64,000 nt of DNA from Escherichia coli (GTDB lineage: Bacteria; Pseudomonadota; Gammaproteobacteria; Enterobacterales; Enterobacteriaceae): assembly GCF_003334335.1 (NCBI RefSeq), contig NZ_QOWQ01000012.1. The stretch is one strand, 5' to 3'. Below, piece after piece: positions 17,076 through 29,310 of the stretch (positions within the stretch are counted from its first letter, which is position 1; every line of letters begins with the position of its first letter). The position numbers and the translations under genes are program-made. Under the pieces are notes generated by a model, which was not told the origin of the DNA, did not search any database, and saw nothing but the letters and a program-made list of their open reading frames with translations.

Positions 17076-17936
17076 TTAATTGTGATTACGCATCACCCCT
17101 TCCTGAACGGTCGAGGCAACCAGTACGCCGTCTTGGGTATAAAACTCACCGCGCACAAAGCCACGTGCGCTGGACGCCGAGGTGCTCTCCACGCTATACA
17201 GCAGCCATTCATTCAAATTAAACGGGCGATGGAACCACATGGAATGGTCAATGGTGGCAATCTGAATCCCCGGTTCGAGAAAACCGATGCCGTGCGGCTG
17301 TAGAGCTACCGGCAGGAAGTTAAGATCAGAAGCGTAACCGAGCAGATACTGATGAACGCGCAGGTCATCCGGCACGCTACCATTTGCGCGGATCCACACC
17401 TGACGATGTGGTTCTGCGACGTGACCTTTCAGTGGGTTATGAAACTCCACCGGACGGACTTCCAGCGGACGATCGCAGATGAATTTATCTTTCAGCACTG
17501 GCGGCAGCAGGTGCGCCAGCGATTGGGCGATTTGCGTTTCCGAAGGTAGGCCATCAGGCGCTGGCGCGGACGGCATTGTTTTTTGATGTTCGAAACCCGC
17601 TTCTGGTGCCTGGAAAGAGGCAGTCATATAAAAAATCGGTTTGCCGTTTTGAATAGCAGCAACCCGGCGGGCGCTGAAGCTGTTACCGTCACGCAGCGTT
17701 TCGACATCATAAATAATCGGCTTCTTACTATCGCCAGGGCGAAGAAAGTAGCTGTGAAACGAATGTACCAGCCGCTCTTCAGGGACGGTCTCTTTTGCAG
17801 CATACAAGGCCTGACCCACGACCTGGCCGCCAAACACCTGGCGTAAACCTAAATCTTCACTCTGGCCGCGAAAGAGTCCTTCCTCAATTTTTTCCAGATT
17901 TAACAATGTCAGTAAATTTTTTAGCGCCTGACTCAT
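17076..17936 (-). CDS. tesB: Acyl-CoA thioesterase II
   Basis: Protein [24 protein letters not shown] from ATG at 17936 (286 aa); the ORF track starts 6 codons upstream. Confidence 0.93.
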
Positions 17937-18153
17937 ATAACTCTCCAGTAACAAAGCTGCCGCAGCAAGCCAAAGTGAGTTGAGTATAACGCAAATTTGC
18001 TACTGGTCTGATGGGTGCAATGGTCTGAATTACGGGCTAATTACAGGCAGAAATGCGTGATGTGTGCCACACTTGTTGACGTTACTATTTTGTTAACCAC
18101 TCTTCCGGCGAGGAAAGTTAGCCCGCTGGTGCATTGATAATAAGGAGAAATGA

Positions 18154-18726
18154 ATGAAACTCGTGCACATGGCCAGTGGTTTAGCGGTTGCGATTGCGTT
18201 GGCGGCTTGCGCAGATAAAAGCGCGGATATTCAGACGCCAGCACCGGCTGCAAATACGTCTATTTCAGCAACACAACAACCAGCTATCCAGCAACCGAAT
18301 GTCTCCGGTACCGTCTGGATCCGTCAGAAAGTCGCACTGCCGCCTGATGCTGTGCTGACCGTGACACTTTCTGACGCGTCGTTAGCCGATGCACCGTCAA
18401 AAGTGCTGGCGCAGAAAGCGGTGCGTACTGAAGGTAAACAGTCACCATTCAGCTTTGTTCTGCCATTTAACCCGGCAGATGTTCAGCCGAACGCGCGTAT
18501 TCTGTTGAGTGCGGCGATTACCGTGAATGACAAACTGGTATTTATCACCGATACCGTTCAGCCGGTGATCAACCAGGGCGGAACTAAAGCCGACCTGACA
18601 TTGGTGCCGGTACAGCAAACCGCCGTGCCGGTTCAGGCCAGCGGTGGCGCAACGACTACCGTACCTTCGACTTCACCAACTCAGGTGAATCCGTCTTCGG
18701 CAGTTCCAGCTCCTACGCAATATTAA
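18154..18726 (+). CDS. ybaY: Uncharacterised outer-membrane lipoprotein YbaY
   Basis: 190-aa ORF with lipoprotein signal MKLVHMASGLAVAIALAAC (lipobox LAAC). Confidence 0.9.
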   Translation: MKLVHMASGLAVAIALAACADKSADIQTPAPAANTSISATQQPAIQQPNVSGTVWIRQKVALPPDAVLTVTLSDASLADAPSKVLAQKAVRTEGKQSPFSFVLPFNPADVQPNARILLSAAITVNDKLVFITDTVQPVINQGGTKADLTLVPVQQTAVPVQASGGATTTVPSTSPTQVNPSSAVPAPTQY

Positions 18727-18756
18727 GCGACGTTAACCCTCTCCGCCCGGAGAGGG

Positions 18757-19146
18757 TTAGTAGTTCCAGCGATAACGCTGCAAGTCGATTTGCCCGCTTC
18801 CCGATACCATCACACCTTCTGCCAGTAATGCCTGTCGCTGACGCTGTAAATCCGGTCCGGTTAGCGAAATTGTGCCGTGGCGATTAACCACCCGGTGCCA
18901 GGGTAAGGTGCTGCCTTCAGGGAGACGCTTTAACACACCGCCCACCTGGCGCGCGGCGCGGGGCGATCCCGCCAGTTTCGCCACATCACCGTAAGTGGTG
19001 ACATAGCCTTCGGGAATAGCGGCGACGATTTGCCAGACGCGTTGGGGAAATGAATCTTCTTTTTCCATCTTTTCTTCCTGAGGTAATTTTTCAGCATAAT
19101 CTGGAAAAACGCCCGAGTGAAGTCGCATTGCGCAAGAAACCAGCAT
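18757..19146 (-). CDS. atl: DNA base-flipping alkyltransferase-like protein Atl (YbaZ)
   Basis: 129-aa protein from ATG at 19146 (MLVSCAMRLHSGVF...), with an MGMT-like winged helix but no active-site Cys motif; the ORF track starts 7 codons upstream. Confidence 0.88.
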   Translation of the reverse strand: MLVSCAMRLHSGVFPDYAEKLPQEEKMEKEDSFPQRVWQIVAAIPEGYVTTYGDVAKLAGSPRAARQVGGVLKRLPEGSTLPWHRVVNRHGTISLTGPDLQRQRQALLAEGVMVSGSGQIDLQRYRWNY

Positions 19147-19222
19147 CTGGCACGCGATGGGTTGCAATTAGCCGGGGCAGCAGTGATAATGCGCCTGCGC
19201 GTTGGTTCTCAACGCTCTCAAT

Positions 19223-19336
19223 GGGGGCTCTGTTGGTTCTCCCGCAACGCTACTCTGTTTACCAGGTCAGGTCCGGAAGGAAGCAGCCAAGGCAGATGAC
19301 GCGTGTGCCGGGATGTAGCTGGCAGGGCCCCCACCC
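19223..19336 (+). ncRNA. ffs: 4.5S RNA (signal recognition particle RNA)
   Basis: 114-nt stretch GGGGGCUCUGUUGGUUCUCCCGCAACGCUACUCUGUUUACCAGGUCAGGUCCGGAAGGAAGCAGCCAAGGCAGAUGACGCGUGUGCCGGGAUGUAGCUGGCAGGGCCCCCACCC, recognised as E. coli 4.5S RNA, in the atl-ybaA intergenic region. Confidence 0.95.
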
Positions 19337-19446
19337 ATTTCTGCCTCCCACCGTTTCGTCAAAAAATCCCAACATGGCTAAACTTTAACCACAACTGACG
19401 TCGCAAGAATTGTCTGGCTGCGCAGTACGCTTCGGAGGTATGTCTG

Positions 19447-19800
19447 ATGAAGTATGTTGATGGTTTTGTGGTTGCCGTTCCTGCCGATAAAAAGGATGCC
19501 TATCGGGAAATGGCCGCTAAGGCTGCGCCATTGTTTAAAGAGTTTGGCGCGCTTCGTATTGTCGAATGCTGGGCCAGCGATGTACCGGATGGCAAAGTGA
19601 CCGATTTTCGTATGGCGGTGAAAGCGGAAGAGAATGAAGAGGTTGTCTTTAGCTGGATTGAATACCCTTCAAAAGAGGTCCGCGACGCTGCTAATCAAAA
19701 GATGATGTCGGACCCACGGATGAAAGAGTTCGGCGAGTCCATGCCGTTTGACGGCAAGCGAATGATCTATGGCGGATTCGAGTCAATCATCGACGAATAG
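19447..19800 (+). CDS. ybaA: Uncharacterised DUF1428-family protein YbaA
   Basis: 117-aa ORF MKYVDGFVVAVPADKKDAYREMAAKAAPLFKEFGA, preceded by GGAGG SD. Confidence 0.9.
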   Translation: MKYVDGFVVAVPADKKDAYREMAAKAAPLFKEFGALRIVECWASDVPDGKVTDFRMAVKAEENEEVVFSWIEYPSKEVRDAANQKMMSDPRMKEFGESMPFDGKRMIYGGFESIIDE

Positions 19801-19841
19801 GTAGCGTGACGGGCTGTGCGGCGTGCCGTCAGCCCAAAAAT

Positions 19842-21392
19842 TCACAAATGTTGCTCGGCCCAGCGTAAGAAATCTTCTTTCGGTAATGCCTTGCTGTAGA
19901 GCCAGCCCTGACCGTAGTGCACGCCATGCTGGCGTAACCACTCTTCTTGTTTACTGGTTTCGATTCCCTCCGCTACCATTTTCAGTTTCAGTGTTTTTGC
20001 CATTTCGATGATATGCGGCGTGACATTTTTATATTCCAGCGCATCAACGAAAGATTTATCGATCTTCAGAATGTCGACATCCAGATCCTGTAAATAACTT
20101 AAACTTGAATACCCCGTACCAAAATCATCAAGATAAATTTCATGGCCCGCCTCCCGGTAGCGAGAAATTATCGGGGCGCTGGTTTTCGGATCGGCAAACT
20201 CGCGTTCAGTGAGTTCAAGCGCGATCTGTCTGGGATTAACCTGATAGTGATTGATCATGTCACGCAGCAATTGCGGGATTTTTTCCGAGGTGAGCACGGG
20301 GGATTCAAGATTGATCGAAATATGCTGCTGTGGATGCTGACGCAGCCAGTCGCCCATATCTTCAAAGACGCTTCTTATAATCAGTAGCGTCAATGGCTCA
20401 GAAAGGCCCGTTTGCTGTGCCAGCGGAATAAAACTATCTGGTGACAACCAACTACCGTCTGTCTGCGGCCAGCGCGCCAGTGCCTCAGCACCGACAATTT
20501 TGCCATTGGCTAAGGAGACAATCGGCTGATAGTGCACGCAAATATCACGATTTTCGATAGCATCCTGCAGCCGATGATGCGGTGACTGAATACGGCGCAA
20601 AATACGCAGCACAAACATCGCTGCCAGCAGGCCAATCACCAACCCGAGCGGTAACCAAATAAAGACTTGCCGATGCCAGCCTTTCTGCAACATTTTCGTT
20701 GAAGCCCATGTGATGATCGAAATATTCATCTCCGGTAAGGGCAGGATATCGTAAATGATTCCATTATTTTCGATATGCTCACCGGGTGTTTTTTGTAGCC
20801 TGGTAATAATTCCCTGAGCAATTTCATCGCTGCTGGTTATGACAACGTTATGGACATTGCCAATAATGGCGGCATCAATTTGCCATGAGCTATAGGGAAT
20901 GACATCAATAAAGGAAGCGGGGTCGATCATGACGACATAATGTGCCGTTCCCATGGCGACCATGTAACGGATAATGCCTAAATCGTTATGCGATGTTAAC
21001 CAGACACGATAACCATCTTTCGAAATTTTACCTGGCTCGGGGAAGGTATCGGGCGGACTTTCATGCTCCAGAGACGAACACTGGGGAACGTTGTTATCGA
21101 TATAAGCCACTTCCTGAATATAGCGATAACTGTAAGATACCCGACGCATTTCCATGAGATGGGCTTCGCTACAGGCAGCGCCTTGCCATCTTTCCAGCTC
21201 CTGCAGCGCATCTTTCCCTTGTGTCGCCACCTTATTGGCTCGAATAGCGACGCGGGAGGAATAGGTATCCAGCTCTTCAATAAACGATGTTTCTACCTGC
21301 TGATGGGCCAGCCAGATGCTTAAGCCGACAGGCAGCAATACTGAAAGAATCAGTACTCCCGAAATAAGGCCGACCAGATGTCGTGTTCTCAC
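19842..21392 (-). CDS. pdeB: c-di-GMP phosphodiesterase PdeB (YlaB), CSS periplasmic sensor plus EAL domain
   Basis: ORF with N-terminal TM helix and C-terminal EAL domain (motifs EALxR, DDFGTG). The track starts at ATG 21398; I prefer GTG 21392 (516 aa) because an AAGG SD sits about 6 nt upstream of it. The start is uncertain by 2 codons. Confidence 0.88.
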   Translation of the reverse strand: MRTRHLVGLISGVLILSVLLPVGLSIWLAHQQVETSFIEELDTYSSRVAIRANKVATQGKDALQELERWQGAACSEAHLMEMRRVSYSYRYIQEVAYIDNNVPQCSSLEHESPPDTFPEPGKISKDGYRVWLTSHNDLGIIRYMVAMGTAHYVVMIDPASFIDVIPYSSWQIDAAIIGNVHNVVITSSDEIAQGIITRLQKTPGEHIENNGIIYDILPLPEMNISIITWASTKMLQKGWHRQVFIWLPLGLVIGLLAAMFVLRILRRIQSPHHRLQDAIENRDICVHYQPIVSLANGKIVGAEALARWPQTDGSWLSPDSFIPLAQQTGLSEPLTLLIIRSVFEDMGDWLRQHPQQHISINLESPVLTSEKIPQLLRDMINHYQVNPRQIALELTEREFADPKTSAPIISRYREAGHEIYLDDFGTGYSSLSYLQDLDVDILKIDKSFVDALEYKNVTPHIIEMAKTLKLKMVAEGIETSKQEEWLRQHGVHYGQGWLYSKALPKEDFLRWAEQHL

Positions 21393-21555
21393 CAGCATAT
21401 CCTTATTAACACAGTGTAGGGAAAGTATATCTGATTGTGGAAAAAGGCTGGCTGGAGATAAGGAGGTAGAGCTGGTATTTCATGAAGTGATGGGTGGAAA
21501 CGATCATTGTCATTTGACCAGGCGCAGAGCTTTACGCCTGGTATGTAACCCTAAC

Positions 21556-22026
21556 TTAAGATGTTGATTCGGCGCGAGCGAGGGTAAAAATATCGTAAAA
21601 AGACAGTTCACCTTTACGGACGATCATTTTTTGCAGTTGTTCCTTATGAACATCCGCGACACGCGGAGAGTTCAAGATGGCTTCAACCAGCGCGGCAGGT
21701 ACAAAGCGCGTGTTGTACCATTCGCCGTTATAGCAAACGCGGAAATCCAGCACGTCGATATCTTCATAGCGGTAGCGTGGGTAGACATCGAAAAAGAAGA
21801 AACCATTAAGCAGGATAAATAATACAACCAGTAGCCAGACAGAGCCTGACAGCGTTTCGGACTGCAACATCACCGCCAGGGTGGCAAAAAAAGCAACGTA
21901 CATACCGATAAACAGCCCCGGATGTTTACGGATAAAACTGATACTAAAGCGGGGTTTGTTGTCGCGTTTTTCGCGGGTATTCAGAGACTCAATCGTTTCG
22001 GTCAGCAGGCGTTGTATTTCGGTCAT
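21556..22026 (-). CDS. ylaC: Uncharacterised inner-membrane protein YlaC
   Basis: 156-aa protein [27 protein letters not shown] with two predicted TM helices; the ORF track starts 13 codons upstream. Confidence 0.88.
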
Positions 22027-22141
22027 CGTTTGCCTTCGTGGTATCTGCAACTTTCCAGGGAACACCCTATTTTAACGTGGGAATAGTAGAGGGGAAGTAA
22101 CAGATCTACCACAATTTTGCATAACAGTTGCGAAAAACCGA

Positions 22142-22693
22142 TTACAATTTTTTAATTATTCTGGCTGGATTACCGCCCACGACAACGTTGTCCGGGACAT
22201 CTTTTGTGACAACTGCACCTGAGGCTACCACGACGTTATCACCAATGGTCACACCAGGGTTAATGACCGCGCGTCCGCCAATCCAGACGTTATTACCGAT
22301 GGTGACGGGTTTCCCCAGTTCAGCACCGCTATTACGTGCTACAGGGTCGATGGGATGTGTTGCCGTGTAGATATGAACGCCTGGTGCCAACATACAGTTA
22401 TCACCGATGCGAATAGGGCAGACATCAAGCATCACGCAATCGAAGTTGGCGAAAAAATTATTACCGAGAAAAATGTTATAGCCATAGTCACAGCGAAACG
22501 TTGGCTCAATATAAGCCTCTGTCACCTGACCGAATAGATCAGCGAGAATTTGCTGGCGTAATGTGTGCTCTTCCGCCAGGGAATGATTGTATCGGTGAAT
22601 AAGCTGACGAGCGCGCAGGCGATCGCGAGATAACGTCTCATCTGCCGAGCGATACAACTCACCAGCAATCATCTTTTCTTTTTCTGTGCTCAT
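22142..22693 (-). CDS. maa: Maltose O-acetyltransferase (hexapeptide-repeat acyltransferase)
   Basis: 183-aa [24 protein letters not shown] with left-handed beta-helix hexapeptide repeats. Confidence 0.94.
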
Positions 22694-22864
22694 TACTGAC
22701 CTCCGGTTGCTGAAAATGCGGCAACACAGTAAGACGAAAAGTCAGTGAAGAGAACGTTCCCATTACATCTGTGTGATAAAGATCACATAGGGTATGTCTT
22801 CATGGCGAAAAAGTATAAAATTCTTAATAAACAGCCGGTTATAGCTCCGAAAGCGAATTATTTA

Positions 22865-23083
22865 TTAGCGAATAAATTTCCATACTGAGGAAGGGATCTT
22901 GTCGTACAGTTTATTCATGGTCAATTCGGCGAGGCGGTGATCTGCGGCTGAGTAAAATACCGCCAGTTCATTATCTGATAATTCGTATTTATTTTTCTCG
23001 ATAACACGCTCCAGCGTGTCAATTGTCTGGCAACGACGTAAACGCATTAAATAATCGGTTTTCGTTAAAGGTTTTTCGGACAT
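22865..23083 (-). CDS. hha: Haemolysin expression-modulating protein Hha (H-NS co-regulator)
   Basis: 72-aa protein [72 protein letters not shown] from ATG at 23083; the track's 154-aa ORF is an N-terminal over-extension running into tomB. Confidence 0.95.
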
Positions 23084-23108
23084 ACTTCTACCTATGGTTG
23101 TAATAATT

Positions 23109-23483
23109 CTAACAAGATAAACTCGCAGGATTCTCTTTCGTCGCATTGACAAAACAACGGAATAGTCGATTACCTGACTTCCGCCATTTCTGAAGATCCT
23201 GCATATTAATACCATAACTACTGAACAACATAAAGGTGTCATCCAGATATTCGTCGATCTGCTCAATGAGCTTATTGTCTTCATTATACTTAATTTTGTA
23301 ATTAAGTGCGAAGGTCGCAATATGCTCAATCAGTTCATTCAACTGGAGGTTGATCGCCGAGGTTGGGTCGTTTACCCAGCCATGATTGCTTTCTTCAAGG
23401 TTTGCAAGGCAGTCATGATACAGGGTTTCACAGAGAAACTTAAGCTGTGCGATATCATGTCTTTTGGGTGAGTATTCATCCAT
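23109..23483 (-). CDS. tomB: Hha toxicity modulator TomB (YbaJ)
   Basis: 124-aa [39 protein letters not shown], 25 bp upstream of hha on the same strand. Confidence 0.94.
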
Positions 23484-24028
23484 AACGCGTCCCCTTCTTA
23501 GCGGTTGAACTAACGGACACCTTTCGGGATGGAAAAAACTTACTGACCTGGACTTGCCCTCTCGTTTGTTAGCTTAACTATAAGCCACTCTTTGCAGGTT
23601 TTCATCGCATTATTACGAAAAATTACAATTAGGAAGGAAGCGGGACAGGACTCATTTTTTCATACTAGCACTAACCCGCAGCAGGTAAAAGCAGTTTGCT
23701 CGAACTATTCATAACATTTCAGGATTATCGCCAGATGAAATTGGTGACACTAATACCAGGATTGCTCTGAATATGACGTAATAACCGAGGAATGAATAAA
23801 GAATTACCGCAAATAATTAAGAATAGCCTCTAAATGATTATGGATTATTAAATCTATTAGCGCTACTTAATATAAATTAACTAACAATCAGTATTTTTTA
23901 TGAATTTTATCCGTGGTTAATACTGGTTTTCGTATGAGATCCTGAGTTGGTGGTTCAATTACTCCTTAATGTTCGTAGGTTATGCATAAAAAAGGCCGCT
24001 TACGCGGCCTTAGTGATTACACGTTGTA

Positions 24029-27181
<3,153 letters not shown>

Positions 27182-27200
27182 TTAACGGCTCCTGTTTAAG

Positions 27201-28394
27201 TTAAGACTTGGACTGTTCAGGCTGAGCACCGCTTGCGGCTTGCTGGTTATTATCAGCGGTAACTTCTTGTGCTTTTACCTGGACACCAGGACGCACTTTC
27301 TGCAGCCCACTTATTACTACGCGATCGCCTGCTTTCAGACCTTCTGTCACCAGCCACTTATCGCCAATAGCCTGGCTTGCAACGATCGGACGGGTTTCCA
27401 CTTTGTCATCCGCGCCAACTACCAGTACGGTGGCATCGCCACGCGGCGTACGGGTTACGCCCTGTTGCGGGACTAAAATAGCGTTTGGATTAAGCCCTTC
27501 TTCCAGACGTGCGCGCACGAACATACCCGGCAGCAGAGTGTGATCCGGGTTCGGGAAGATAGCGCGTAGGGTGATAGACCCAGTGGTCTGATCAACGGTA
27601 ACGTCAGAGAATTCCAGCGTACCGTCCTGCGGGAACTTAATGCCGTCACTGGTGATCAGTGACACTTTGGCTTTGCCGTTCTCTTGTTTCAGCGTGCCAT
27701 TCGCCAGTTCCTGTTTCAGGCGCAGGAAGTCGTTGCTGGACTGGGTCACATCAACGTAGATCGGATCAAGTTGCTGCACGGTTGCCAGCGCAGTCGCCTG
27801 ACCGTTCTGTACCAATGCGCCTTCCGTCACGTTCGACTTACCAATGCGACCGCTAATCGGAGAGGTGACTTTGGTGTAAGCCAGATTGATCCGCGCAGTT
27901 TCAACGGCAGCTTTCGCCGCAGTTACCGCAGCATTCGCCTGTTGCGCATCAGCCAGAGCCTGATCGTACTCTTGCTTACTGATGTACTGAGTACCGAGCA
28001 GTTTCTGATAACGATTCACCGTCAATTGCGCGATATTGGCTGCAGCCTGGGCTTTCGCCAGATCACCTTTCGCACTGTCGTATGTCGCCTGATAGGTCGC
28101 AGGATCAATCTGATAGAGAGAGACACCTGCTTCGATGTCGCTACCTTCTTTGAAATTACGCTTCAGGATAATCCCGCTAACTTGAGGACGAACTTCTGCG
28201 ATCCGGTAGGCACTGGTGCGACCCGGAAGCTCGGTTGTGATCTGCAGAGGTTCAGTTTTGACTGTTACTACGCCAACGGCGGGCATCTGCTGGCCACCTT
28301 GTTGGGCCTGTTTGTCGTCACATCCTGTTAGGGCTAAGCTGCCTGAGAGCATCAGAACGACCGCCAGAGGCGTAAACCCTCTGTTTTTGTTCAT
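27201..28394 (-). CDS. acrA: RND efflux periplasmic adaptor (membrane fusion) protein AcrA
   Basis: 397-aa lipoprotein MNKNRGFTPLAVVLMLSGSLALTGC from ATG at 28394; the ORF track starts 12 codons upstream. Confidence 0.95.
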   Translation of the reverse strand: MNKNRGFTPLAVVLMLSGSLALTGCDDKQAQQGGQQMPAVGVVTVKTEPLQITTELPGRTSAYRIAEVRPQVSGIILKRNFKEGSDIEAGVSLYQIDPATYQATYDSAKGDLAKAQAAANIAQLTVNRYQKLLGTQYISKQEYDQALADAQQANAAVTAAKAAVETARINLAYTKVTSPISGRIGKSNVTEGALVQNGQATALATVQQLDPIYVDVTQSSNDFLRLKQELANGTLKQENGKAKVSLITSDGIKFPQDGTLEFSDVTVDQTTGSITLRAIFPNPDHTLLPGMFVRARLEEGLNPNAILVPQQGVTRTPRGDATVLVVGADDKVETRPIVASQAIGDKWLVTEGLKAGDRVVISGLQKVRPGVQVKAQEVTADNNQQAASGAQPEQSKS

Positions 28395-28483
28395 ATGTAA
28401 ACCTCGAGTGTCCGATTTCAAATTGGTCAATGGTCAAAAGTTAATAAACCCATTGCTGCGTTTATATTATCGTCGTGCTATGG

Positions 28484-28507
28484 TACATACATTCACAAAT
28501 GTATGTA
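28484..28507. promoter_or_regulatory. AcrR operator (24-bp palindrome) in the acrAB/acrR divergent promoter region
   Basis: Perfect inverted repeat TACATACATT-CACA-AATGTATGTA between acrA and acrR. Confidence 0.7.
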
Positions 28508-28535
28508 AATCTAACGCCTGTAAATTCACGAACAT

Positions 28536-29183
28536 ATGGCACGAAAAACCAAACAAGAAGCGCAAGAAACGCGCCAACACATCCTCGATGTGGCTCTACG
28601 TCTTTTCTCACAGCAGGGGGTATCATCCACCTCGCTGGGCGAGATTGCAAAAGCAGCTGGCGTTACGCGCGGTGCAATCTACTGGCATTTTAAAGACAAG
28701 TCGGATTTGTTCAGTGAGATCTGGGAACTGTCAGAATCCAATATTGGTGAACTAGAGCTTGAGTATCAGGCAAAATTCCCTGGCGATCCACTCTCAGTAT
28801 TAAGAGAGATATTAATTCATGTTCTTGAATCCACGGTGACAGAAGAACGGCGTCGATTATTGATGGAGATTATATTCCACAAATGCGAATTTGTCGGAGA
28901 AATGGCTGTTGTGCAACAGGCACAACGTAATCTCTGTCTGGAAAGTTATGACCGTATAGAACAAACGTTAAAACATTGTATTGAAGCGAAAATGTTGCCT
29001 GCGGATTTAATGACGCGTCGCGCAGCAATTATTATGCGCGGCTATATTTCCGGCCTGATGGAAAACTGGCTCTTTGCCCCGCAATCTTTTGATCTTAAAA
29101 AAGAAGCCCGCGATTACGTTGCCATCTTACTGGAGATGTATCTCCTGTGCCCCACGCTTCGTAATCCTGCCACTAACGAATAA
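28536..29183 (+). CDS. acrR: TetR-family repressor of acrAB
   Basis: 215-aa [55 protein letters not shown] (TetR HTH), divergent from acrAB. Confidence 0.96.
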
Positions 29184-29310
29184 CCCTGAATCTGACTCCA
29201 GGATTTTTCCTGGACATTTTCGTCGTTGCTATTCTGGTTCACTGCGTCGTGATATTCTTGCGGTTTGACTTTTTCAGGTCGTTCTTCAGGTTCAGAAACC
29301 TTCATTCATC

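Noticed and set aside
22865-23329. 154-aa extended version of the hha ORF overlapping tomB
   Set aside because: The recognisable Hha protein is the C-terminal 72 aa starting at ATG 23083; the upstream extension overlaps tomB in another frame and lacks start context.
23744-23779. Tiny 11-codon ORF (MKLVTLIPGLL) in the tomB upstream region
   Set aside because: Too short, with no Shine-Dalgarno context; most likely chance in an AT-rich region.
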